Assembly (NCBI RefSeq): GCF_006345805.1
Contig: NW_021832230.1
Location: 124,001-188,000 of the forward strand
Direction: 5' to 3'
Length of the DNA stretch: 64,000 nucleotides
Origin: Octopus sinensis
Lineage: Eukaryota
Positions 13,136-41,449 of this stretch are shown one piece after another. Within the stretch, counting starts at the first letter, position 1, and every line of letters starts with the position of its first letter. The notes beneath the pieces were generated by a model that was not told the DNA's origin, ran no database searches, and worked only from the letters and a program-made list of their open reading frames with translations. Both the position numbers and the translations under genes were made by a program.

Positions 13136-15920
13136 ATAATTGACATTGCACAAGTATCATTGTTCATGTCATACTTAGGTGTCTCTGTTTGTTCGTTATG
13201 TGTCTCGAGTTTCCTGAGGCAAGAACTTTTGGCATTATTGCCTCTAAAGGGTCAAACCCGTGGTGAAGATCTGTTGGCGCAGTCGTAGAATATTTTGAAA
13301 CGAATTATATTCCCTTAATAAAATCGTTTCAATTTCAACTGACGGTGCTGAAAGCATGCTGGGATCGAGAAAGGGATTTATACTTTAATTAAAAGAAGAA
13401 TTGATCATGAAGTGATTACTCTACATTGTATTATCCACCAAGAGGCACTATCTGCGCAAACGTTAAGGATTTAGAAAAGAAAAAGCAACACTATCGTTCG
13501 TTATAAACCCTCTACGTGCTAAAGTCAGCAATTTAAATTTATTGCCATTTGAAATCAACGCAGCTGAGTTCGAAATGCAGCTATTGGACTTGACATGTAA
13601 GGAATTATGGGCATCAAAATTTATTCGCCTTTCAGAATTACTTGAAACCTGGAACAGAAACATTGTCTGGTAAAATTAAAAATGATATTAATGTTATACA
13701 AAAGAAACTTGAAGATGTGATTCTCGAAACTTGGAATTCTCTTCCAGATTCTTATTATGAATTAAAAAATTTGCATACGGAATTTTGACATATTCGGGTC
13801 CACTTATATGTGTGAACAAAGTTTTCTCATATGAATTATATAAAATTGAAATAAGGAACAAAATTACAGATTCGAATTTGGAATCTAACCTCAGATTAAA
13901 ATTAACGACTTGCGACCCAGACATTAACCAACTCTCCAAAGAAATGAGGAATCACATTTCTCATTAATGCGTCTAATTAATTTAATTTTTAAAATGAATT
14001 TTAATTATTTTTTAAATTAATGTTTATTTAATTTTATGAATTTAAATTTTTGACAAGTGTAAAAGGTGGCTCTTCAATTTTTCGAAATTTCCAAAATGTT
14101 CAATTGGCTCTTCTCCAAAAGTATTTGCCGACCCCTGGGGTAGGCGATTTGGTATTTATAGACAAAACGCTTAATTCTGCAAAATATCAATCTATTTTGA
14201 CCAATAATTTGGAGAACATTCAGGCACTGAAGGAAAATCTATTAGATATTTGAAATCTATTCCATCAAAAACACTTGAAAAATTAGTTGAGTCAATGAAA
14301 AAAAGGTGTTGGGAGATCTATTCGGCAAAAGGAGGTTATTCTACATATAATCTCACAATAACCAAATTTTTGCCAATGAAAGTCGTTGTTTTTCCAAATT
14401 TCTTAGACAAATTTCAAAATTTAAATAATTAAATTAATTTTTATCAATTTATCAGATTTTAAAATATATTTAAGAAAAAATTAAATCATTCTTTGCATGA
14501 ATGAAGCAAGTGAAGATTCACCAATATTATGTCGAGGGGTGTAAGCGTGGATGTTTAATATATTTTAATAATTAAAAACTATTATTAAATAAATATAATA
14601 AATTTCGCGGAACCCCAGGTTGGGAACCACTGTCCTATATTAAGATGAAAGTATTTGAAAAAATGAAATTTTTGTTAGTTTGACAAAACCAATTCATTTT
14701 TAGCTATTTTAATAAACTGTTTGTATAAAAGTGTGAAGTAGGGGAATGTGTTTCATTTTTTACAAATATAAAGTTGACCAATTGTATTATGATTAGGGCA
14801 ATTTTTTTTGAACCTAAAAACTTTGATTTTTTAACCTAAAAATAACCAAATTTTAACCTATAAAACAAAAATTTTAACCTAACAAATTTAACTTAATAAT
14901 CATTTATATACAAACATATAACATATTCTTATATTTTCAATATTAAAATTCTGTTATCCCTCATAAAGTTTTTAATTTGAGAGAAGCATCGTTCTATGAA
15001 GAGGATGAAGGCTGACACTTTAAAGCATACAATATTCTTCAGGAGAAATTGATGAATTTGTCATTCTTATAATTTGACATAAATCATTTTTTTGTAATCG
15101 TTCATTCAAATATTTTTCAATTATATCTGATTCGTCGTCAAATTTTAAATTCTTTAGCTCATGAGCTAACTCTATTGAGGAGTGAGAACTTTCAAATTTG
15201 CACAATAATTCTGCTATTATTAAACTAGTTTTACCTGGAATTGTCGAATAATTTCTAACAATAGAACTTAAGCTTTTTACTAGAGATTCATCTCTTAGGC
15301 TATTTTTGCAGCCTGAACAATGATTCCATCATCAGGAATTGTTTTGAAAATGTTTACACATGTATTAAATTTTTGCATAATAAAATGCAGCAGTAGCCAG
15401 TACCCCATCTAGTTAAAACTACATGAGGTGGAATTCAATTTCATTAAATAGTCGTTTTCTCTTGTTATTTTTGTTATGCCGCTTGAATTGATGCAATAAG
15501 AGAATCAATTCAGGATAAATAGTCCTGATTTTCATTGAACAATTATGCATCAGATGAGCAACACAAGTTACGTGAAATAACCTTGGATAAAAAAACTTAA
15601 GAACTTTTCAGCTATAATTATATGTTAAATTAAAACCTGCTAGCATATTTTAGCGGAATCTGTTATTAGGAGAAGAAATTGTCTTTCAATTAAAACGCAT
15701 TTAATCGTATCGTCAACAATTTGAATAATTGTTTCTTTGGTAGAAGTTTTCAATTTTTACGAAAGAATCAAATAAGTTTTATCGGATTTTTAAGTATCCC
15801 CATTAAAACTGCAACAAATTGACTACGAATAGTGACCTCGTCACTTATGGCGAATACAAGTTGATTTCTAAAAAATTATATATTCATAACCTAAACTTTT
15901 CTTGAAATAATACAATATAT

Positions 15921-16330
15921 TCAGTTTTCAATTGTTTTAACGCACATTCTTGCTTTGTATTGGAAGGAAGAGGCAAGAAGTATTCTTGAATAAATTCTTA
16001 GAGGAGGCATAGTCAATTTATGCAAGGGTATATCGCATTGAATAAATGCTTTAGTGACTTGCATTGACCAGTCATCATTGGGTAACTCGTCCAAACAAGG
16101 CTGATAGAAATATTCTCTAAAAAATATTAATTTGTAAAAAACTAATAAATTTGAGTGCTTCTTCGATTCTCGGTGAGAATTCACAAAATGCTTTTTCTCC
16201 ACCTGACTGTGCATAAGCAAAGTTGACATTGCAACTCGCCATTCTCTCGTAATAAAAACTCCAGCGGATATTCAAAACAATTTTTTTTGCCTTAAAATAC
16301 AGTTTTTGCAGTTCTTGGCATACTAACACC
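15921..16330 (-). mobile_element. Degenerate transposase N-terminus, CGGBP1-like/hAT-related zinc finger
   Basis: Frameshifted FC..C..HRESKKH and QVTKAFIQCDIPLHKL resemble CGGBP1-type hAT-derived proteins; no termini found. Confidence 0.45.
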
Positions 16331-16551
16331 CACGCGCTATTTTAAATAAAGTTAAATTTGTAACTTTATAAAATTTTTTTTAACTTTTTAACTTTATTTT
16401 TTCTTTAATAAGTAACTATTTCATTTAAAAAAAATACTTATTTTTACTTTTAAGCAAAATACACATTTTCATATATTTTAACTTTTTTAACTTAAATTGC
16501 CCTAATTATGATCATAGCTTTCAGTCATATGCTAGAATCTAGATAATTGAA

Positions 16552-17013
16552 TTGAAATATAATGAAGAATATATTCACAGATTTCAACAGGATGGTATCT
16601 CTAAATTTTGGCAATCAAAAGATCTACAAATGAAATTTCCAAATTTATGGAAGGAAATGAGTAATGTACTATTGACATTTCCTACCACTTATTTAGTTGA
16701 AAGTGGATTTAGTTTTGTCAATCATAATGCACAATGTGAAAGAAATAGACTGGAAGTGTGTTATAGAGGCGATATACGCCTAAAGTTGAGCAAAATTAAA
16801 CCCGACATAGAATATTTAGCGAGCAAACATCAATATCAAGGGTCTCACTAATAATTTTAATACAAATTCAATGTTTTTTACATTTGATTTATTATTTTAT
16901 ATTTTGATTTTTGAGTTATATACAAAAAAAACCAATTAAGGGACAATGCCCAAAAATTTTTAAATTGTATGTGGACAAGGGGGCGATGAACAAAAAAAGG
17001 TTGAGAATGCCTG
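16552..17013 (+). mobile_element. 3' fragment of a Buster-type hAT transposon
   Basis: ORF 16552-16851 has hAT dimerisation motifs (FPNLW..LLTFPTTYLVESGFS..RNRLE..DIRLKL..QGSH*); TIR-like GGTTGAGAATGCCTG ends 17013. Confidence 0.75.
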
Positions 17014-17294
17014 TGCTAGATAAAGAAAACTAAAGATTTTTTCAATCGTAACATCCAGAATTTGTAGTTTTTGTAAAAAAATTTAACATCGTTAGAAACC
17101 AGACAATTTTATATTAGGAACAGTTTATTTTAGATAAATACTATTTTGAAAATTTTTGAAGGAGATTAAGTTTTTCAAATTTGAACAAATCGAGATCTCT
17201 TGTTTGTCTTTCTGATTGTTTTCAATCGTCTCATTCTTGCCGCGAAAACAGGTGAAAACTAATCAATACATATGGCAGGCTAAAAAAGACTTTA

Positions 17295-18790
17295 AAGTAG
17301 CGTGCAAATGTTCCGGAACACCAAATTATTTTTCAATTCTATATATATTTGGCAGCTACGGCTTGACGTTCATAGATAAATTTGAATATTAAATGAATAA
17401 ATAACTTTTGTACTTTTCTTTTTCCATAAAATTTGACAGTATTGAATTTTTAGCAGTCACTATATTTTGACACGTGCATATGTTCCGGACCACTCATTAA
17501 TTTTTTTACTTATATTAAATACAGCTTTATCTGATATTTTAATGCTAAATATATATTTCACGTATTAAATTTTTTGTGTTAGTTTCGGTAACCGTGCCTT
17601 AATTATTAGTCTGTATAAACTTGGGATGTCCCAAAGAAAAATATTATCATGTGTTGGAATTTCCAAGTCTACGGTTCAGAGAACTATAAAATGGTTTTCT
17701 ACATGTTCCATAATTCAGGATAGACCTAAATCTGAAAGACCCAAGAAGTTATCTAAAAGAAATAAACGAAATATTGTTTATCGATCAAAAATGAATCCTT
17801 CCAGAAAAACCAATCAAATTAGATCGGATTTCAATTTGTCGTCATCCGTTTCCGTGGATACGATAAAACGATGTTTAAGGTCGAATAATCTCCATGGTAG
17901 AATAATGGTAAAAAACGAAACTTTCAATAATACATTTGAAGTCAAGATTAGACTGGTGTAAAGATTTGATTCTCGAAAGCTCTCCTTTTTTGACTTTTTA
18001 TATTTGTAACGACATAGAACATTCATCACATTTTGTTGAGTGCGATCCAAAAAAATCTTCTAACACGTTGAGGAATTAAATAAAACATTTAATTGGTAAG
18101 AATGTCTGTAGAAAGACAATCGGAACTTATTTAAATTCACATTTTCTTTTCGGAAGAGTATGTCAGCATAAACCGTTGCTTTCGAAGAAAAACATAATAA
18201 AAAGATATGAACTGTCAAAAAATTTTATTTGGATGAACAATGACGCATGGAAAACTATTATTTTCTCTGGTGAAGCATCTTTTCAGATTTTTCCTACTAA
18301 AAAAGGCAATACTGTTATCGAAAAAAGTTCATGTTATGAATTGAGCCATATAACGCCGACAGTAAAATTTGGTGGAGGTAGTGTTATGGTTTGGGGCTGT
18401 ATCTCCTATCAAGGAGTGGGCAATTTAGTTTTTGTTAATGGAACACTCAATTCCGCTAAATATATAAATGTAATAACGAATAATTTGTTTGCTTCGGCGC
18501 GAAAAATGGGACTAAATAAGTTCACTTTCCAACAAGATTTGGCTCCCTGTCATCAATCTGCGTTGACAACCAAGTTTTTTGAAGAAAATAAAGTTCCAAT
18601 TCTTGATTGGGCTCCGCAATCTCCAGATATGAACTCAATGGAACATGTTTGGAGCATGATGAAGCAAAAGTATTCATTAGATCCTGCAAAAATAAACTTG
18701 ATTTCGAAGTCAAATTAATGAAAATTTGGAACGAATTGCCATGTGAAAATATTCGGAAATTAATTGATAATATGTCTAATGCTCTATTTT
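17295..18790 (+). mobile_element. Tc1-like transposon, near-complete transposase with a ~250-bp insertion, right end missing
   Basis: ORFs 17626-17961 (GISKSTVQR..RPKKLS) and 18176-18718 (IIFSGEASF..VKFGGGSVMVWGCI..FQQDLAPCH..WAPQSPDMNSMEHVW); direct repeats CGTGCA(A/T)ATGTTCCGGA at ~17301 and ~17473 resemble IR/DR sites. Confidence 0.8.
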
Positions 18791-19449
18791 GATAACTAAA
18801 TTGGCTGCGTGAAGCTAAAGAAGAATGTTGTTAAAGGTAATTGTATTTGCTCACCTTGTCTACGCATGTTCACCTATTCTGTACCCAAAGTTAAACGCGC
18901 TGATGCATTTTTAATTACAGACGGAGATTCGATTATCTTGTTGCTCTCTTTTATTCGAAAATCCAAAAGTATCCCTTTAAAGATCTTTAAATCAGCAAGA
19001 GTTTCTCCTGTCTCGTGCCTCAACAGTCTTGTTGAAAGGGCACTCCAGTCACGTGACACAGAATTGGAACTACTGAGTACTCTTCAGAAGACCGCTAGTC
19101 TCTGGCTCTGAGATTAAAATGAATCTAAAATCCCTTTTTGAACGCCCGAATGAAGAATTAATTGGTCAGTCTGATCGAAAAAACGAACTTAACTGCCCAC
19201 GCTTGCGGGATGAGAGGAGTGGGAAATTTGTTCTGAGAACGGGTATTGAGACACGTTCAGAAAGCCGATTGAGCTCGCGGGGGTCGTTTCTAATTCTTCC
19301 GAGGTGGCGGCCTCTCTCGGAAGTCAGCGATTGTCCAGGTTACGAATGTGGGAGTAGGGATTTGGGGCTTGAGAGCATTTTATAAAGAAATCGTGAATTT
19401 TTATCATACCAAGGTGCCCGTGACTATAAATTGTTATCAATCGTGATAT

Positions 19450-19600
19450 GGAAAGCTATAGAAACTGTTACCAATGAAATCTAAATTCTTTTTCCAATAA
19501 AATTAACTTTTTTAATAATAGCTACCATAGAAACTTGCGGCAAAATATAAATCATTTAAATATGTTCATCATTTATTTCTTCACATTTTCGGCTGTTTAC
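19450..19600 (+). promoter_or_regulatory. Candidate RFX X-box and forkhead (FoxJ1-type) sites upstream of the dynein gene
   Basis: GCTACCATAGAAAC (19521-19534, one mismatch to GTHNYY-AT-RRNAAC), GTTACCAATGAAAT (19467-19480), CTATAGAAAC half-site (19456-19465), TGTTTAC (19594-19600), all within ~250 bp of the ATG of a motile-cilia gene. Confidence 0.45.
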
Positions 19601-19701
19601 TGCTATAGGTTTTTATTTACCAAATATTTTCTTATAGAAAAGTCTAATTAAACTATAATTTTTTAAGCATTCACGGTTTTTCTAATTATTAGAAACAAAT
19701 A

Positions 19702-35658
<15,957 letters not shown>

Positions 35659-36193
35659 TTAACCACTAACATTTCTAATATTTTAACATCTACTAAATTT
35701 TTAATTCCACTTCAAGAAATACTCTATATTGCACTAGAACGCAAGGATTTTACTCAAATCCATATTCTCAGTATTTTAACAATAGCTTGCTTCTAAATGT
35801 TGATAAAATTGGTTATATTTTTTGTGCATTTCGCTCACGTAGTTTATATTTCAATAAATCGAAAACCGGAAGAACAATTTATTAAACAAAAATTAGTATT
35901 TCTGTATAGTGAATTCAACTCAAGTATTGAATAGAAAAAATTGTTTTGAATCTAAGTTTTAGAACTTATCAATGAGAATGATTATGTTTCTGTCAATTTA
36001 GGGCTAATTTTTATTTAAATCTTAAGAAAATAACAGCTAAGAGTTAATATAGCTGGAAGCATGAACATCAGACACAATTTCTAAAATGGTCTCAAACTTT
36101 GAATATAATAAATCGTCTAGAAACGATCCTTTCTTAAGATTATACTAAGATAATAGCAAAATTAAGATTTAATAAAATTAAAGTAATAATATT

Positions 36194-37206
36194 TTACAAT
36201 CGAGAACGTTTTGAAGGAGCTTCATCGTTGATAAAAGAATTATATTCTCTTAAATAATCCTCATAAGTCTACGACAAAAACAACAACTAACCCCATTCTG
36301 GATTGTTTCTTTGCTCACTCCATATCTATTTTCGGATGAGTTATTATGCATTCTACGCCAATGAATTAGGGAAATATACGATGCCTGATGTTGTAATTGT
36401 TGTTCATAACATGTATAAAGACGTAAAATTGACTTTTTGGAATCTCTCGTGGTTTCATCGAGCTTGACCGAACGGTCAATTGGGAAAAGGCAACACAGAG
36501 CGATTCCAACTGAAGGTTCTACCTCCTGAATAATTTATAATGAAAATACTGACTTGTCCATCTCTAGCATATTTGACTGGGCGGTTCTCATTCCACGAAT
36601 TGCGGAGATGCATTGTATCGTGGAATGGAATTTCAAGTCTGCAAATCCAATCTATTTTAAAAACTCCGTTCAAAGATTTTGCAGGCATGTGAGGAGGAAG
36701 TAGCCAGTCAACTGGAGGCACATCAAATCGAGCCACTGAGCCCAATCTGGCAAATCCATGGAAACGTCCGCTTTCTGTAACAGAGAACAAGAGAATAACG
36801 TTCGCATATTCCTAGTATTCAAGTAATCTAGAAAAAATATAACCATAAAAGCGTTCGAAAGCCGTGTCTGATTAGCAGGCATCGTAGACCAGACGTTCAG
36901 CTCTTTTGCCAATTCGACGTTTTCACTGTTGCAGCTTTTCATTATAAAGAATCTGGCGCCCGTAAATACAAACTTTGCGTATTCAAGATAATCTGAATTA
37001 TTATACATAAATGAAACTCGTGGCTAAAGAACTGTCCATTTCTCTATCTTGATCAAGCATCTTTTCAAGAGAGATTGACCCTGCTCCAATTGATTCTATT
37101 TTATTTTCAGCTACTTTTGTAGCAGAAAAATCAACAATTTCTATTTCTATAATTTAGTTATTATCAATATATAAAAAGTAATAAGAAGAAGCACACCATC
37201 TGACAT
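36194..37206 (-). CDS. YTHDC1: YTH-domain m6A reader, YTHDC1-type (6 exons, 284 aa)
   Basis: [80 protein letters not shown] plus the C-terminal [11 protein letters not shown] motif. Introns of 50, 25, 32, 28 and 23 nt leave an 855-nt frame. Confidence 0.9.
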
Positions 37207-37934
37207 AGACCAGTAGATTTTTAAATTAAATTGATTATTAACAAAATTTATGTAATCATAAATTATATAAGGCGATTTATTTAAAAAATTTTGCTGTCTA
37301 AAGCTTTATGAATACGGTATGCTAATGTCAGTTGGCAAAATCCGGTTAGAAGAAAGCTGCGAGATGAAACCTTTTATAGGATTTGGACTGGTTATTTGAT
37401 ATCTAAGATTCGTGGAAAATGTCATACAAGGAAAAAAGTGCAGTACTCTCACTCTCAGGATTTCGGATATATCGGCTTTTTTTGTAAGAATCAAAACAGA
37501 TTTCTAATCTGCGGTGGAGCAAATAGGATGTCCAAATGTAAAAATGATGATATCTTTTACGTTAACTCTTGATTGGATGACTACAGAGGCAATTGTGGTG
37601 GATAGCCAAAATTTACAGACTAACAATATAAAAAAACTAAAATTAGAGAAACGAAAAAATTGCTAATTGGAGATAATAAAATGACCAAATTAAAAACTAA
37701 AGTTTCACGACGCCTCGTTGGAATCAAATCCAAAGTTGTAAACCGAACGGAACCGCGGACGTTTAGGGTTGGAGAATAAAAATATCAACTTCGCTTGAAA
37801 TTAATTATTCTGCATCAAGCAAAGGAGATAGACTTGGTTTTTTTCATAACCCAGAACCTGAGAAAATGTGTGAGTTTCCATATGTTGAGCACAATATAGG
37901 AAAGTACCATATTCCCCAAAATATTGAGATAATA

Positions 37935-38200
37935 TGTCACGAGCCGAGAGTGAAACCGAGTCCAGTTTGAAACCATGACAGCTTTCAAAACACTGATAGC
38001 TCGCTATAAAATAATAATCCACGTTAAAATAATTATGTTAGCCTAATGGCCCAAATGAGGATGTGGATATTTCGAAAGCTAGAAAATTCCGACTAAAAAA
38101 GAAAACTTAAAATTTCATTCTTATTGACGGAAAGCTATATCTGCGAAATACTAATCGACTTCACAAGCTTGATGTTATAGAACAAGTTGTAGACGAAGTG
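37935..38200 (+). mobile_element. Ginger-like left terminus and transposase N-terminal remnant
   Basis: TGTCACGAGCCG terminus at 37935 followed by degenerate KARKFRLKKKT*NFILIDGKLYLR, similar to the N-terminus of the 45.2-kb transposase. Confidence 0.45.
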
Positions 38201-38658
38201 TTGGAAAATACGGAAAGCAGCGATAATGAAGAAATTTTTTACAGTGGTATGCAAAATAAACAGACTACGGTCAAAGAAGTAGTAACAAAAGTGAATGAAT
38301 TGGAAGAATCAGTTCTAGACATAGCTCCAATTTTGTTAAATGATTTTTACTGTTTCAGACAAAATTTGTTCAGTAGTTTGAAGAAAAATTATGGTTATGG
38401 AAAAAGGATCGATGACTATTTTTCAATAAATAATAATATTTAAGACTTTTTTGCATTAATTAAATTGTTAAATTTATGTCACAGTCCGATAAAGAAACAC
38501 GCCGTTAATGAAACGCCAACATCAAATTGACAAAAAATCATATCGAAAAAAAGATAAATTAATACAAATCGTCATTGGAAATGATTAATTAGTTTATAAT
38601 GTGACCGTCCATAGAATGGACCACGCCGTTAAATGGACACTAGGTGCTTTGAATAGGG

Positions 38659-39337
38659 CAGGGGTCGGCAAATACTTTTGGAGAAGAGCCAATTTGAACA
38701 TTTTTGGAAATTTCGAAAAATTGAAGAGCCACCTTTTACCACTTGTCAAAAATTTAAATTCATAAAATTAAATAGACATTAATTTAAAAAATAATTAAAA
38801 AAATCATTTTAAAAAATTAAATTAATTAGACGCATTAATGAAAATGTGATTCCTCATTTCTTTGGAGAGTTGGTTAATGTCTTGGTCGTATCGTTAATTT
38901 TAATCTAGGTTAGATTCCAAATTCGAATTTGTAATTTTGTTCCTTAATTTCGATTTTATATAATTCATATGAGAAAAACTTTGTTCACACATATAAGTGG
39001 ACCCGAATATTGTCAAAATTCCGTATGCAACTTTTTTAATTCATAATAAGAATCTGGAAGAGAATTCCAAGTTTCGAGAATCACATCTCCAGTTTCTTTT
39101 GTATAAAATTAATATCATTCTTAATTTACCAGACAATGTTTCTGTTCCAAGGTTTCAAGAAATTCTGAAAGGCGAATAAACTTTGATGCCCATAATTCCT
39201 TACATGTCAAGTCCAATAGCTGCATTTCGAACTCAGCTGCGTTGATTTCAATGGCAAAAATTTAAATTGCTGACTTTAGCACGTAGAGGGTTTATAACGA
39301 ACGATAGTGTTGCTTTTTCTTTTCTAAAATCCTCAAA
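38659..39337 (-). mobile_element. 3' fragment of the SPIN-type hAT (second copy)
   Basis: TIR CAGGGGTCGGCAAA at 38659; near-identical reverse complement of 13464-14137. Confidence 0.9.
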
Positions 39338-39689
39338 CCTTTATATTTAAACATTCATTTTTAACCTGTCATTGAAAGATTCCTTCATATACAAAAGAGC
39401 ATTTTTAAAATAAGTTTTATTTATAGTTCGATCATTTTCTTTTAAATATTGGCGTAATTTAGGAAAATGTAAAATATTTTTGTTCTATATCCTCTTCAAA
39501 CAGAATTAATTTTTTTTCAAACAATATCACTTCCTCAAACATACTGAAAAAAGCAATATTTCCACTCCGTTGCAATTTGAATTATTTTGTTCAATTCTGA
39601 TGAAATGTCAACCATGAATAAAATTTCTGCAGCCATTGGTCATCACTTAATTTCGTCATAATGAATTTTTTTCCTCATTTAAAAAAAGT

Positions 39690-41060
39690 TTGACTTCTTT
39701 CATACAAGAAGCAAACCGATTGTTTTGTCCCGACAGATTAATGGACGATAAAAAGAGGGCAATAGCCTCTGCGAAAATGTCCCCTGGTCGACTTTGTCAC
39801 GCAATCACCCTGGATGAAACCCTACTAGCAATTAAAAGATGCAAGGACAACGCACCGGGTTTTGATTACATACCCATCCGAGTCTTCAAAGAGGCCCCGA
39901 TAAGCCTAGTAAATAATAACGATATTTTTCAATGCCAGTTGGAGACTGGATACGTCCCGAATGCATGGAAGAAACCCGTGGTACGAATGATTCCAAAGGC
40001 AGGGAAACCTAAAGACCGTGCAGAAAATTTCCGACCCATAAGTCTCATCTGCTCCATATCAAGAATCATGGACGTATAATCTTTAACAGATTATCTATTC
40101 TCGTGGAGGAGTCAGGTTACCTGGCTAAAGAACAATGGGGTTTCCGACGTGGGAAGTCCTGTGGAAACTGCTTTGCAACTGGAAACGCAAATCTCGAGGG
40201 CCCTTACACACAAGATGGGGATGACAGCTTTTGTCTGGACATTTCAAAGGCGTTCGACAGCGTTTGGCACCTAGGCCTCCTGGAAAGGATCATCAGTATC
40301 CATCCGGGGCAAAGGACTGTCAAATGGCTAGAGAATTTCTTACACATGCGAAAGTCTTTTATCAGATGTGGTAACCGGACCTCGGATACAATCAATCTAA
40401 GGAGGGGAGTGCCTCAAGGGTCGGTCCTGAGCCCTCTACTTTTTCAACTTATACGTTGCCGACATCCCGAAACCAGTAAATCCGGAGAGTCTACTAATTA
40501 TCTATGCGGACGACATATTGGTTACGGATCTGTCGCGATCTAAGGACCTCTCTTGGAAAAGGTGAGGGAATATGTAGCGAGGGTTGAGTCTTGGGCAATG
40601 GAGAAAGCCCTCTCTATAGCACGAGACAAGTCCACCATCACGTGGATTTCTAAAACTCGGAAAGGAAGAGAACCACTTCTGGAGACAATGGGACTAAGAT
40701 TTCTGACGACCTACGCTACCTTGGTGGTAACGATCGGGACTGACGGATCGTTCCTTAAGTTCGTTGGAATCTAGAAGAAGGAATGTTCCGGGATCCTGAG
40801 AAGCCTTATACGCTTCCATCTCTTCCCCAGACACCTTCTCTCATCTATAAGGCGACTGTAGAACCAGTCCTTATCTATGGGACATGAAGGTTGGTACCCT
40901 ACAGACGAGAGAAATCGCATAATCACCCAAACTGGAGAAAACAAGGCGCTTTGCGATTAAAACTGGCGTATAAGCTACGGCTTGATAGGATCTCCCCAGA
41001 GAGCTAGACGAAAAACTCAAAACATTCGGCAAGTCCTCTGCTCATTGCAAAGGGGCATGA
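39690..41060 (+). mobile_element. Degenerate LINE reverse transcriptase (APE-type clade, Jockey/I/CR1-like)
   Basis: APGFDYIP..WKKPVVRMIPKAGKP..NFRPISL, QWGFRRGKSC, LDISKAFDSVWH, GVPQGSVLSPLLF, YADD (shifted frame); several frameshifts. Confidence 0.85.
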
Positions 41061-41449
41061 GAAGTGAAAAGGAAAGCAAGGAGGAGGCTTCGGTGTCTCG
41101 ATTTTAATAAAACCTTTTCATATAACTCTTCTCTTTCGGTTGCTAAGTCAATAAATCTGTTCGTTCGTTTCGTTCGGTATTTGTCAATTTATAAATTTTT
41201 TATTGACAAAATCAATTTTTTTTCTAATTTGATGTTGGCGTTTCATTAACGGCGTGTTTCATAAACGGACTGTGATAATTTATATTGATATTAATTTTTT
41301 GACAAAACCTCAGTTTTTGGAAAAACCTCAGTTTTTGGAACACTTAGTGTTCCAATTCAAGGTCGGACTGTATAGCTTAAACAAGCACAGAAGAAATTCA
41401 AATCATTGTTTAAGAAATCCACAAAATAAACTATTGTGGGCATAATGCT

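Larger units (their letters stand above)
6550..14137 (+). mobile_element. hAT (SPIN/GTF2IRD2-like) transposon remnant, left end lost
   Basis: Transposase in three pieces: KCLICQETLNQNKKSNLERHF..KRGKPFTDGEFIKACF (to 6844), IKTSEELF..IAIDESCDII (10446-10648), DIAQVSLF..STDGAESM..HCIIHQEAL (13136-13460), then the C-terminal region; right TIR TTTGCCGACCCCTG ends 14137. Confidence 0.85.
4371..14541 (+). mobile_element. Tc1/mariner transposon, interrupted
   Basis: TA|CACCCCTCGACAAAAATTTGG at 4371 and CCAATATTATGTCGAGGGGTG|TA ending 14541; transposase pieces at ~6150-6530 (paired-like HTH, SSRTIIRNLNKNGIFARIAKKKPLLTKKH) and ~14138-14350 (GVGDLVFIDKTLNSAKYQSIL). Confidence 0.85.
38477..41277. mobile_element. 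Non-autonomous Ginger-like TIR element carrying nested TE fragments
   Basis: Left TGTCACAGTCCGATAAAGAAACACGCCGTTAATGAAACGCCAACATCAAATT; right end is its near reverse complement (terminal CA reads TA); 5-bp TSD ATTTA at 38472-38476 and 41278-41282. Confidence 0.72.

Noticed and set aside
4706-13288. Many plus-strand ORFs overlapping the CRE elements
   Set aside because: Antisense or alternative frames of GC-richer retroposon sequence with no recognisable motifs.
15020-15500. Possible pogo-like and hAT (RWNS) remnants
   Set aside because: Single weak motifs only.
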